Made by a program: the position numbers and the translations under genes. A stretch of DNA of 60,587 bases, counting the filler, from Squatina squatina (lineage: Eukaryota): assembly GCA_031763465.1 (NCBI GenBank). It is 4 parts of 3 records of this genome, joined end to end, with 100 filler letters (N's around TTAATTAATTAA, not from the genome) between each part and the next. Parts side by side here need not be neighbours in the genome. Positions count along the whole stretch, not along the records: positions 44,484 to 60,587 come from JARFOE010000100.1; 3 more parts are not named here. One strand, given 5' to 3'. The first letter of the stretch is position 1; every line of letters starts with the position of its first letter. The notes beneath the pieces were generated by a model. The model did no database searches. It saw only the letters and a list, made by a program, of their open reading frames with translations, and was not told the DNA's origin. Shown here piece after piece: positions 50,401 through 60,587 of this stretch.

Positions 50401-50944
50401 AAAAGAAGAAATGAAAGAACAACTTTGTTACAAGTTCGACCTGGGCCAAACATACAAAAGAGAATGTAGAAAATTAAAAACATGATTGGTTTAACTGTAA
50501 GTAAAAAGGGAACTTTCCTCTGTTAAATATTTTTGTCATATTGCTTTGTTGGAGTTTTACATCAGTCCAACCCTGAGAGAGGAATCTAGCTATTACAGAC
50601 TTATACTTCTAATTATTACAGTTGGCGAAACAGATCTGCAATGCCACACTTCGACTAAGAGTTGCCACAATAAAGTTCTGTTTACTCGTTCAATCAAATG
50701 AAGCCTCGCTTGCGGTTAAAGTTCAACATCAGATTAAAAACTAAATTCATCCTTCTACTGAACCTAATCTGAGCTTTCTCTCGGCTATTTGTGGGATGGG
50801 TTCAACACTGGAGCATTTGTATTCAATGACAATGATGACATTATAACAGATACAGCGTGTACACTCTGGGAGGGCAGACGAGGCCTCAGTTTAATGTCTC
50901 ATTGGAAAGATGACAGCTCCGATGTATCATACACAAATGAGATA

Positions 50945-51200
50945 ATATATGGTACCTCTCATAGATGCCCTGGTATTATATGCGGTACCTATGTTAGATA
51001 GCTATGGAATTATATACTGTACCTGTATTAGATACCTATGGAATTATATACTGTACCTGTATTAGATACCCAGGAAATGATATACTGTACCTGTATTAAA
51101 TACCCATGGAATTATACTCTGTACCTGTATTAGATACCCAGGGAATTATATATCGGACCTGTATTAGATACCCATGGAATTACATACTGGACCTGTGTCA
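50945..51200. repeat. About 32-33 bp minisatellite
   Basis: CTGTACCTGTATTAGATACCCATGGAATTATATA repeated about 7-8 times, more degenerate at the left end. Confidence 0.9.
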
Positions 51201-52777
51201 GAAANNNNNNNNNNNNNNNNNNNNNNNNNNNNNNNNNNNNNNNNNNNNNNNNNNNNNNNNNNNNNNNNNNNNNNNNNNNNNNNNNNNNNNNNNNNNNNNN
51301 NNNNACCTCACGTTACCACACTGGCATCCCATGCTGCCTTGAGACATGCAGCATAGATCAAAGAAAGATTTTGTTGTGATGCGTTGACACCGCAAGTTGC
51401 ACTGCAGTGTAGAATCTACGATTATTAAAATAATGAAGGAATGAATAAGGTGGATGGAGTGCAATAGTTTGTGTACAACCGGGAAGAGAAAAGAAGAATG
51501 TGATTGTAATCTAAGGAAAACACAATACAATGAAACTTAAAGAACATTTATTGGTTATCTCAGGAACGTAGGAACTCCTACTGGGGTACAGTTGTATAGA
51601 TGTTAGCAGCCTCCACTGCTTTGCCAAAGCAGTTATTCTTGATGTGTAAGCGTGGCAGCAAATGTCACAAACTATTCAACCATAAAGGCACCACAGCTAA
51701 ACCTATTCATGGTCTCATATGCACATTTTTTAGCCCTGATCCCTGAGTAGCAATCAGGGATCCTGGCTGATTTTTCCTTCCCTAGCCCAAGGTCACTGAA
51801 ATCCAATTGCCGCATCTCAATATCACACGAGATCAGCTGACTCAGCATAAGCCAGGAGATATCAGGAAGGATGACCCAAAGTTTGGTCAAAGAGGGTCTT
51901 AAGGAAAGAGAAGGAGGTGGAGAGATGACGGGGCTGAAATTGAGTGCCGACGCGTTCGAAACACATACTGGGCGGTGCCGGCATTTCTCTCGCCGGCGTC
52001 TGTCCCGCCCCTCCCGGAATTCAGTGCTCCGGGGCACCTGCAGGACACAGCACGCACCCGGNNNNNNNNNNNNNNNNNNNNNNNNNNNNNNNNNNNNNNN
52101 NNNNNNNNNNNNNNNNNNNNNNNNNNNNNNNNNNNNNNNNNNNNNNNNNNNNNNNNNNNNNNNNNNNNNNNNNNNNNNNNNNNNNNNNNNNNNNNNNNNN
52201 NNNNNNNNNNNNNNNNNNNNNNNNNNNNNNNNNNNNNNNNNNNNNNNNNNNNNNNNNNNNNNNNNNNNNNNNNNNNNNNNNNNNNNNNNNNNNNNNNNNN
52301 NNNNNNNNNNNNNNNNNNNNNNNNNNNNNNNNNNNNNNNNNNNNNNNNNNNNNNNNNNNNNNNNNNNNNNNNNNNNNNNNNNNNNNNNNNNNNNNNNNNN
52401 NNNNNNNNNNNNNNNNNNNNNNNNNNNNNNNNNNNNNNNNNNNNNNNNNNNNNNNNNNNNNNNNNNNNNNNNNNNNNNNNNNNNNNNNNNNNNNNNNNNN
52501 NNNNNNNNNNNNNNNNNNNNNNNNNNNNNNNNNNNNNNNNNNNNNNNNNNNNNNNNNNNNNNNNNNNNNNNNNNNNNNNNNNNNNNNNNNNNNNNNNNNN
52601 NNNNNNNNNNNNNNNNNNNNNNNNNNNNNNNNNNNNNNNNNNNNNNNNNNNNNNNNNNNNNNNNNNNNNNNNNNNNNNNNNNNNNNNNNNNNNNNNNNNN
52701 NNNNNNNNNNNNNNNNNNNNNNNNNNNNNNNNNNNNNNNNNNNNNNNNNNNNNNNNNNNNNNNNNNNNNNNNNNNNC

Positions 52778-53165
52778 ATAACCACTGCTCCTTTTTCTTT
52801 CAGAAAGCAGCTAGTGGTAATGATTCTGCTTTTGTCATTTTCAGGTCCTCTAGACTCATCTTTTCTTTCTTAACTTGTCCCATTACCATCTCCTTTTGCC
52901 TTTCACCATCATCCCTTTTGTTTCTTAATCTTTCCTACCTTCCATCCTATCATAAACCTTCCCTTTTGTTCTTTCCTCCCCTCCCCCCTTTCCCTACACT
53001 TGCTTAAAAACCTGTTATATCTCTTAACTTTTTCCAGTTCTTACAAGGGGTCATCGACCTGAAATGTTAACTCTTTCTCTCTCCATGGACTGCCTGACCT
53101 GCTGAGTATTACCAGCATTTTGTTTTTATTTCAGATTTCCAGCATCTGCAGTATTTTGCTTTTAT
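52778..53165 (+). mobile_element. Penelope-like element terminal region
   Basis: Pyrimidine-rich stretch, then ccagttcttacaaggggtcatcgacctgaaatgttaactc...gacctgctgagtattaccagcatt...gcagtattttgcttt, the reverse complement of 15611-15744. Confidence 0.6.
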
Positions 53166-53259
53166 TTTCCTTAAGGGACGAACGCCAACTTTCTTTTGAT
53201 ATTTCTGCTATAAGTGTTCTATAGCATTGAAGTGACAATGGTTNNNNNNNNNNTCTCCC

Positions 53260-53423
53260 AGAGACCACAGGGAGGTCCTTTTGCCTTCCCATGGATGGAG
53301 GAGACCGCCCCAGTAGACCAACACAACCTGGTTGCACATTGCAGAGGAGGGCACAAGCAGGGATCTGGTCAGGAGGACCTGGGTGCAATGGTGCAAACCT
53401 TTTAATTATCTCAATAGATCATG
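53260..53423 (+). pseudogene. Decayed Myb/SANT-like ORF of a PIF/Harbinger transposon
   Basis: Translates RDHREVLLPSHGWRRPPQ*TNTTWLHIAEEGTSRDLVRRTWVQWCKPFNYL, fitting the W..IAEE...RTW.QC.K.FNDL pattern, with an internal stop. Confidence 0.65.
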
Positions 53424-56400
53424 AAACGTTAATACAAAGACACACTCACCTTCATCCTGTTGTGCCTCTCATCACATCCCCATCACTCTGCTTCCCTACC
53501 CTACTCCTGCACATCCTTACTCACATCAACTTACCTTGTGCCTCCACCAATCCCTCTATCGACATAATCACATCCCCATTTCACTAGCTACCCCTCACAC
53601 TCATTGTCATCCTAGTGCAATCATACCAACGCACAACACACAAGAGTGTTTAATGCAATGTTCATGTAAAGTTTCTGTTAATGTGGTGTCAAACATTGAA
53701 ACCTTTATTTTCAGCACTTTCTGTTTTTGAACAGATCTATGTGTACCTTTTGACGTGGCTTAGCGAGTTGCGGTGAATGGTGAGGCAAAACGGTCCCCCC
53801 TGCAATGGTGGAGAGTGTGAAGGGAATGGCTTGGACATTGTAGGTATGCTTGGTATGGGTGCCAACCTGCTGCATTTTGTGGCAACTAAGGCATACAGCA
53901 TCAAGTGAAGTAAATCTGGCCATGGTGAGGCCATCCCTGGCCTCCCAGGCAGCAATGCGGTCGGGTGTGGATGGCCTCTGTCCTGTGCAGCATCAGGTGA
54001 TTATGGAGAAGGTTGATGCTGTTGTTGTTGGGGTTGATCGTGGTGGGGTTCTGAGGACCAAGGTGAGAGAGTATAAAGGACACCCATGTTGATGGAATAG
54101 ATGGCAGGTGAAGTGAAGATGACAGAATCATTCTGTCAATGGTGAGAGAGTTCTTCCAATGAGGTGAGCGTGATGGAGAGTGGAAAGCCTGCAGAATCTA
54201 TGTTAGAAATGACTGCGAAACAGCTTGTGNNNNNNNNNNNNNNNNNNNNNNNNNNNNNNNNNNNNNNNNNNNNNNNNNNNNNNNNNNNNNNNNNNNNNNN
54301 NNNNNNNNNNNNNNNNNNNNNNNNNNNNNGGGGGAGTAGGAAGTGTCGAGTCATTGACGCTCCCGGCATCATGAGTGTGGGGCAGGCTTGATGGACCAGC
54401 TGGTCTTGTCCCGCCCATCATTTTTGTATGTCCATAAAACGCTCAATGTAGACAGGAAATTTCCAATTAAAGCACTGTTCTGTTTTATTAAATGGCGTAT
54501 TCCCAGAGGGGTTTTGCTGCAGACTGGATTTAGCTTCTGAGTAAATAATCTTGTGTAAATGCTACCAGAGTCGTAACTAAGGATTCAATAAAACTCATCT
54601 CCCCTGGATGCAGTTTGATTTGGAAGTGAGTCATGAACTAGAACTGGCTATAAAAACATAGGCCTAAGTAGCTTAACATGAGTTTTGAGCAGTGGGAGAT
54701 GGCAATGATTTCCCATCACTTTCCTTTGTTCCTGCTGTGCCTAAAGACTAAAGTCCTGTTGACCAAGTTGAGAGCTTCTTTTCTATGGCAGGCCAGAGTA
54801 TGAAAAATTCAACCATCCTCGAAGTGCTGGTGAAGGCTAACCTCAATTCCACCAGCTGGCAGATGAGACTCCCTGTTCTTAGCATACTTTCTTAAAATCG
54901 GCTTTTAGCTTACCTGCAATGGAGGCAGGACTAGCTGATTGGATAGTTTCCAGACTTATACCATTCCTTTTCATAAGCAGTAGTATAGTGTTTTCTGGCC
55001 TTCAGTACCATAGCACAATTTTCATTTCCTAAGATTGTTTGTAAATTTTAGTCACTGACTGCCTGTGCTATTTCCTCTCTTTTTCCCCCCGCCCCCCACC
55101 GACCTNNNNNNNNNNNNNNNNNNNNNNNNNNNNNNNNNNNNNNNNNNNNNNNNNNNNNNNNNNNNNNNNNNNNNNNNNNNNNNNNNNNNNNNNNNNNNNN
55201 NNNNNNNNNNNNNNNNNNNNNNNNNNNNNNNNNNNNNNNNNNNNNNNNNNNNNNNNNNNNNNNNNNNNNNNNNNNNNNNNNNNNNNNNNNNNNNNNNNNN
55301 NNNNNNNNNNNNNNNNNNNNNNNNNNNNNNNNNNNNNNNNNNNNNNNNNNNNNNNNNNNNNNNNNNNNNNNNNNNNNNNNNNNNNNNNNNNNNNNNNNNN
55401 NNNNNNNNNNNNNNNNNNNNNNNNNNNNNNNNNNNNNNNNNNNNNNNNNNNNNNNNNNNNNNNNNNNNNNNNNNNNNNNNNNNNNNNNNNNNNNNNNNNN
55501 NNNNNNNNNNNNNNNNNNNNNNNNNNNNNNNNNNNNNNNNNNNNNNNNNNNNNNNNNNNNNNNNNNNNNNNNNNNNNNNNNNNNNNNNNNNNNNNNNNNN
55601 NNNNNNNNNNNNNNNNNNNNNNNNNNNNNNNNNNNNNNNNNNNNNNNNNNNNNNNNNNNNNNNNNNNNNNNNNNNNNNNNNNNNNNNNNNNNNNNNNNNN
55701 NNNNNNNNNNNNNNNNNNNNNNNNNNNNNNNNNNNNNNNNNNNNNNNNNNNNNNNNNNNNNCCACTAAGTACTGAACACAGACGTCACACCACTTCCCCA
55801 GGAACAATCAGCTCGGCCATTAAAAACAGGGCATTTCCTCCATCACCATCACTAGACCATGAGAGATTGAATTTCCCTGCGCCTGCACTAGACCACCAAG
55901 GATTAGATTTCCAACACCAAAATGTACTTAAAAAAAAACGAGAACAGCTACTTTTGCTGCTATAATTTCAGCCAAAGACAGCTGGCATTTGCTCACTCCA
56001 TGACAATGCAGAACTAATTTTGGTAACATGTTTCCATCAAAACATTGCCCGATCTTTTCTCCTTCAAATGTTGACTAACCTGTTGCGTTTTTTCAAGCTA
56101 TTCTGTTTTTCTTTTCCATTTTTGTCATTTTTAATTCTTTCAGCAGAAAACTAATGGTGAGGTATGAAAATGGTTGTGGGCATGTGCTTTCACAGGGATA
56201 CCCAATATATGGGCTCTGCACCGTGTGCCAATTTTATTTTTAAAGTAACGAAGGAGCCATGGCACAAGCGGGGAAGGTACATTAGCCCCCAACCGACTCC
56301 CGCCCGACCCCCAAACCGTTCTGTTATAGCCGTGTCTTAACGTCAATGAAACCTGTCACCATGGCTATTTGATTAAAATACACATGATATGATTTATTCT

Positions 56401-58018
56401 TATTCAATGCCAAACAGATCCCTCTGCATACAGTAACCAAAGGGCCATAAAATACCTTTCAGCAGGGCAGAATCTACAAAGTGTTAAATAGCTTTTGAAA
56501 AGTGCTTAAATCTATGATAATTCATACCTTCATTGTGATTAGATTATACCACCTAATCGGTCTTACTTTCCTACAAAAAAAATGTCAATCAAAATCTATT
56601 TGAAGAGGCTGACTGCATCAATAACAAAGAAAAGTGCTTATATATGAAAATATATAGAATGGTATGCAACTGTGGTTAGTTTAGTAGTGTTGTCAATCAA
56701 TCAGAATTACAGTGTGACAAGGCATAATCTGCTAATGGTATAAACATATACTGTATTTGTGTCACTGCACAAGTCGTTGAATGGAGACAAAAGTCTAAGA
56801 GCATTACTATTCCAAGCTTTGGCAAGCCTCATCCTTCTATGTACTGCACTGCGCTCACTGCTTGCTTTGTCAAATTAGTAATCGACAATGCTTTTGATAT
56901 ACTTATGATTTGTTTCTCTGCCTGTCAATTACTATATCCTGTGATTTTAAAAGCCCTGTAATTGGGAAATGTTTGTGCAGCAGGTCATACAAAGCATCTT
57001 CCCAGGATAAAACAGCTCCCTTGCTAAAGAGCTTCTCAGCTCTATTCCTGATTACACATTCCAGACTGCAAAGATCAGTGTCACAATGATTGCAGCAGAT
57101 CTATGCAGAACTTAATGCCTTATAAGTATACCATACACCAATGTACAATATATGTTCTGTGGAAGCTAAACAGCATTTACTAACAATTGTGGAGCCTCAC
57201 TAGTAAACACTAGCTTTATGTAAACTAAAGGAAACTTGGTCTGTTGCAGTACTCCATAATTTTTTAAAAGAAATTAGTATACAACTGCTCTGTTCCATCT
57301 CACGCATTTTACGAGCACACAGGAATCTTTTCGTTACTGGATACCAAGGTTTCTATCCCCTAATATTTGGACAAAAAAAAACCCCAAGAGATTTGATTTG
57401 AACTCGGGGCATGTTCGGAGACCCCCTCGGAGAGTTCAGCCTAAGGCCCAGGCCCTTTTAACTCATGGGCCTCAGGTAAATGTGATGTCGGGGCTGGCGG
57501 GCGGGGACGGAAGCCCAAGGATTCTGGGGATCCAGGGGGACGGTCCCCGGCACAAAGTTAGTCTGGGGCAGAGGTTTCCACATGTGACGCTGGTGGTGGG
57601 AGGTAGATGTTGGTCATGGCTGAGGAGGCCCAAGGACTCCTTCCAGGGTCCAGGGGAGCAATGCAGAGAAAAGATAAGCATATGTACTTACCTTGGCATG
57701 TTCTGGCCTCTCCAATGTCTGCCACCAATTCCTGCTGTTGTTTTTGGCACTGTAAGAGCCTCTCGAACGTTGCAGTTAAAATGGCGCTGTGACAACATTG
57801 GGCTGTGACTTTAGAATGCAAAGTAGGCTTCTGTCTGCATGGAATGAGCATCTCTCCCGTTCCTGTCATGAGGGGAGTTAAGATGATGGGGGGAGGTGGG
57901 GCGGGAACATGTTGGGAATTTTGGTGTGACTGCCCACTATCTTAACCACTGCCCGCACCATTCTTGTCATGAGGGCAGGGTTAAGATCGATGCCAATATC
58001 GGTGTGTATTTCAGTGTT

Positions 58019-58410
58019 ACCTTGGCTCAGTGGTGGCACTCATGTCTCCGAGTCAGAAAGATCTTGGTTCAAACCACACTCCAGGACCAGGGTTTAGAAT
58101 CTAGGCTAACATTCCAATGCATCATTAAGGAGTGCTGCATTTTGTAGCACTGAGTTGCCTTCTGGTAGCACTATTTAAAGAACTGGATGGGGTCATTTTA
58201 ACTTCTGCCGATAATATAAAATGGACAATATCAGATCGGCTGCCAGTTGCACATTCCCACGATTTTCCTCTGCATTGAAGTCAATGGATGGCCAATCCGA
58301 TATCACCCATGGTACACAATCACCAAGTTAAAATGACCCCTAAGGAGTTCTCTCAGTGCCTTGGTCAACACTCCTTCCTCAGCCAACTGCACCAAAAAAC
58401 AGTTGAACTC
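58019..58410 (+). mobile_element. Decayed Deu-domain SINE interrupted by a MITE
   Basis: A box TGGCTCAGTGG, B box-like GGTTCAAACC, and the core gcactattt...ggagttctc split at 58189-58340. Confidence 0.7.
58189..58340. mobile_element. 152-bp MITE with perfect 16-bp TIRs
   Basis: GGGGTCATTTTAACTT...AAGTTAAAATGACCCC, plus an internal imperfect inverted pair. Confidence 0.85.
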
Positions 58411-60587
58411 ATCATTNNNNNNNNNNNNNNNNNNNNNNNNNNNNNNNNNNNNNNNNNNNNNNNNNNNNNNNNNNNNNNNNNNNNNNNNNNNNNNNNNNNN
58501 NNNNNNNNNNNNNNNNNNNNNNNNNNNNNNNNNNNNNNNNNNNNNNNNNNNNNNNNNNNNNNNNNNNNNNNNNNNNNNNNNNNNNNNNNNNNNNNNNNNN
58601 NNNNNNNNNNNNNNNNNNNNNNNNNNNNNNNNNNNNNNNNNNNNNNNNNNNNNNNNNNNNNNNNNNNNNNNNNNNNNNNNNNNNNNNNNNNNNNNNNNNN
58701 NNNNNNNNNNNNNNNNNNNNNNNNNNNNNNNNNNNNNNNNNNNNNNNNNNNNNNNNNNNNNNNNNNNNNNNNNNNNNNNNNNNNNNNNNNNNNNNNNNNN
58801 NNNNNNNNNNNNNNNNNNNNNNNNNNNNNNNNNNNNNNNNNNNNNNNNNNNNNNNNNNNNNNNNNNNNNNNNNNNNNNNNNNNNNNNNNNNNNNNNNNNN
58901 NNNNNNNNNNNNNNNNNNNNNNNNNNNNNNNNNNNNNNNNNNNNNNNNNNNNNNNNNNNNNNNNNNNNNNNNNNNNNNNNNNNNNNNNNNNNNNNNNNNN
59001 NNNNNNNNNNNNNNNNNNNNNNNNNNNNNNNNNNNNNNNNNNNNNNNNNNNNNNNNNNNNNNNNNNNNNNNNNNNNNNNNNNNNNNNNNNNNNNNNNNNN
59101 NNNNNNNNNNNNNNNNNNNNNNNNNNNNNNNNNNNNNNNNNNNNNNNNNNNNNNNNNNNNNNNNNNNNNNNNNNNNNNNNNNNNNNNNNNNNNNNNNNNN
59201 NNNNNNNNNNNNNNNNNNNNNNNNNNNNNNNNNNNNNNNNNNNNNNNNNNNNNNNNNAATGTGTACTATGCTGATGGCAGCCAACTAGACTGACACTATC
59301 TCTGTAAATATTATATTATCAAACTACTTTCATTGACCAAATAATACTGTAGACTGCACAATTACACTTATTTGGTACAAACCACTTCTGCAGATCCAAC
59401 CTTGAATATCACAGAAGACACAATTGCATCGTATTTTTTATGAAAAAAAAGCATTTTAGCCGTTGGTACATACAAGATCTTTAATAGCCTTTGCAGGCTT
59501 TGTCACAAATTCCACGCAGATTCATTAAAAATCTGTAAATGTACTATTCAGATTTATTATGAACAGAAACAGATTACTGGAAAATTGCGCACAAATTTGC
59601 AAGGCATCTGTAAAAGAAACACAGAAGCTGCTGTTTAAGTTTGACTTTTTATAGTTTTGACCTGTAGTCAAAGCAATTTAGTAAAAAAAATGTCAGCTTC
59701 TTTAATAATAATGCTCTGTCAGTGATTGATTGGAACATGCTCAGTTCAAAATCAGTTCTGAAGCTTATTCTCTGTTTGCTGAGATTTTCCCTGCAACTTT
59801 CGCAGCTGATGTGATGCATGCATAAACTCTAAGCAACACCAGAGTCAAAAGGAATTTCCCCAAACATCTGCAAGCGTTCCCGACTCTTCCTTAATGTTGA
59901 GCTGGAAGCACATGAACAGAGGAGCTTGTTGCAATGAGCCGATTTGTTCATGTGCATTCCACTGCTGTAAATAGGATGATGTGGAAATAGCAGGCAAGTC
60001 ATCTGGTCAGTGTTCTAGTTCTCCAGAGATTGCACACAATGATAAGACTTCACCTTTTGGAACTTTCTGCAATTTTCACGTCAAATGCAGATCATTTAAA
60101 TTGATAGCACTAGAATACAGTTATTAAAGCTAATGGTAAAAGGCAAGTATGTGAGAACACATAATGGAACTTTGGAGTTCAGGAAATGCAGTCAATCACT
60201 AAACTGGAATAATCACAGATCTTTTCCATATACAGTAGCTACCAGGAAATAATACGTTTTTTTAAAAGAAAAGATTGTTTCAAAGATGCTAGTAAATCAA
60301 TGCTACATTATAATTTAGTAACAAAGGTAGTTTGATTGGTGTTACTGTTCAAATCATGCAAAAATTAATTACGTCAATCTAAAAAAGAATGAATATACAA
60401 TCTGATTTTCTATTCACTATTAGAATCAGTACCAGTTAACAGTGAACAATGAATGTTTGTTCTCAGGCTCACATATTGCTTTAAATGTCAGAGCTTTGAA
60501 TTGATCAGTACTGCCATTTTAATCATTTCACAGAAAGTGATACATATATCTGGCACATTGGAACACTGCAGATGTATTCGCCCTGCT

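Noticed and set aside
57692-57749. 58-bp minus-strand segment with cttacag acceptor and AAG/gtaagt donor
   Set aside because: It appears embedded in GC-rich transposon-like sequence and the peptide is not recognisable.
51871-59293. Long ORFs of 230-380 aa
   Set aside because: They consist almost entirely of X residues from N gaps.

Overview
Fragmented eukaryotic DNA, most likely from a cartilaginous fish (shark-type CR1 LINEs, Deu-domain tRNA-SINEs and a Penelope-type repeat). It is not prokaryotic. Contigs of about 1-2 kb are joined by mostly fixed 100-N gaps. Three artificial N44-TTAATTAATTAA-N44 spacers split the window into four unrelated blocks. Block 1 (1-14828) holds calmegin (CLGN) exons and two MGAT4-family exons at the MGAT4D syntenic position, all on the minus strand. 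Block 2 (14929-28161) holds TMEM169, XRCC5/Ku80 (with a U12-type donor), MARCHF4, a MYO10 paralog MyTH4 exon and CHPF, plus three minisatellites and a CR1. Block 3 (28262-44383) holds LTBP1 exons, including the dual-use start of the short isoform. Block 4 (44484-60587) has no recognisable host exon, only Harbinger-type relics, MITEs and repeats. Most genes are represented by only some of their exons. The best leads are a minimal hammerhead-ribozyme motif reconstructable from a repeated Penelope-like terminal repeat, an ancestral-looking CLGN-MGAT4D pair, a MYO10 ohnolog beside MARCHF4, and the conserved LTBP1S signal peptide/splice-acceptor overlap. Gene identities come from recalled protein sequences, not database searches. 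I found no clearly new multi-gene system.
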